Part shown: positions 33,334-33,923 of the stretch, piece by piece
Position numbering within the stretch: position 1 is the stretch's first letter
How the letters are laid out: each line of letters begins with the position of its first letter
Assembly: GCF_001194135.2 (NCBI RefSeq)
Contig: NC_068981.1
Location: 24,699,846-24,733,768 of the forward strand
Length of the DNA: 33,923 nucleotides
Direction of reading: 5' to 3'
Source of the DNA: Octopus bimaculoides
Taxonomy: Eukaryota
Position numbers and translations under genes: made by a program
Notes under the pieces: model-generated
What the model was told of the DNA's origin: nothing
Database searches by the model: none
The model's input: only the letters and a program-made list of their open reading frames with translations

Positions 33334-33631
33334 CAGGGGTTTTCAAACTGTGGTCCGCGGACCACAGGGGGTCCGCAAGGACAAGACAGGGGGATTGTGG
33401 ACAGCAAATACATTTTATGGGCAATTTGATTTTATATATGTTTTTCAATCGAAATCTTTTAATTGACAATAAACCTATTTGTTAAATACTGTTAAATAAA
33501 TAAATGTAAAAATATATGTTATTTTAAGCAAATATTTATGTTTAAATTTCATAAGCGTTTATAAGGGGGGTCCCTAAGGTAAAGCCTGAAATATAAAGAG
33601 GTCCGCAAGTCAAAAAGTTTGAAAACCCCTG
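33334..33631. mobile_element. Intact hAT (Charlie/Buster-like) MITE, 298 bp
   Basis: Perfect 16-bp TIRs caggggttttcaaact (33334-33349 and 33616-33631); perfect 8-bp TSD tcctagac (33326-33333 and 33632-33639); subterminal ggtccgc repeats. Confidence 0.96.
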
Positions 33632-33687
33632 TCCTAGACGAACGGAGTGTAACGATGGCTACACAGCTTTCTGGTTCAAATCAAGAG

Positions 33688-33923
33688 CTCTTTTTACTCT
33701 TTTACTTGTTTTAGTCATTTGACTGTGGCCATGCTGGAGCACCGCCTTTAGTCGAGTAAGTCGACCCCAGGACTTATTCTTTGGATGCCTAGTACTTATT
33801 CTATCGGTCTCTTTTTGCCGAACCGCTAAGTTACGGGGACGTAAACACACCACCATCGGTTGTCAAGCGATGTTGGGGGGACAAACACAGACACACATAC
33901 ACACAAACACACACATATATATA
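33688..33923 (-). mobile_element. SINE family A, 3' half; continues off the window end
   Basis: Reverse complement of the A tail and 3' body, ending in the internal (CA)/(TA) tract. Confidence 0.92.

Overview
This is eukaryotic, repeat-dense, non-coding DNA from a gapped draft assembly (many N runs, several beginning or ending at (TA)n/(CA)n tracts). It reads like an intron or gene desert of a cephalopod, probably Octopus; the taxon is inferred from the style of the tRNA-derived SINE families and not from any search. I recognise no host protein-coding gene, rRNA, intact tRNA or CRISPR array. The listed ORFs are N-gap, microsatellite, low-complexity or SINE artefacts, except for short transposase remnants. 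Contents: (1) four recurrent retroposon families, labelled here A, B (plus an older relative E), C and D; (2) DNA-transposon material, namely a DD37D/maT-type Tc1/mariner transposase C-terminus, a pogo/Tigger HTH remnant, an intact hAT MITE with an 8-bp TSD, a hAT left end and two foldback elements; (3) many microsatellites and a ~1.4 kb T-rich tract. I found no convincing new enzymatic system. The most unusual observations are a small TIR-flanked insertion carrying head-to-head (TTAGGG)n/(CCCTAA)n arrays, systematic nesting of young B SINEs inside older repeats, and one B copy with four microhomology-flanked deletions. Repeat boundaries are by eye and approximate unless a TSD or TIR is quoted.
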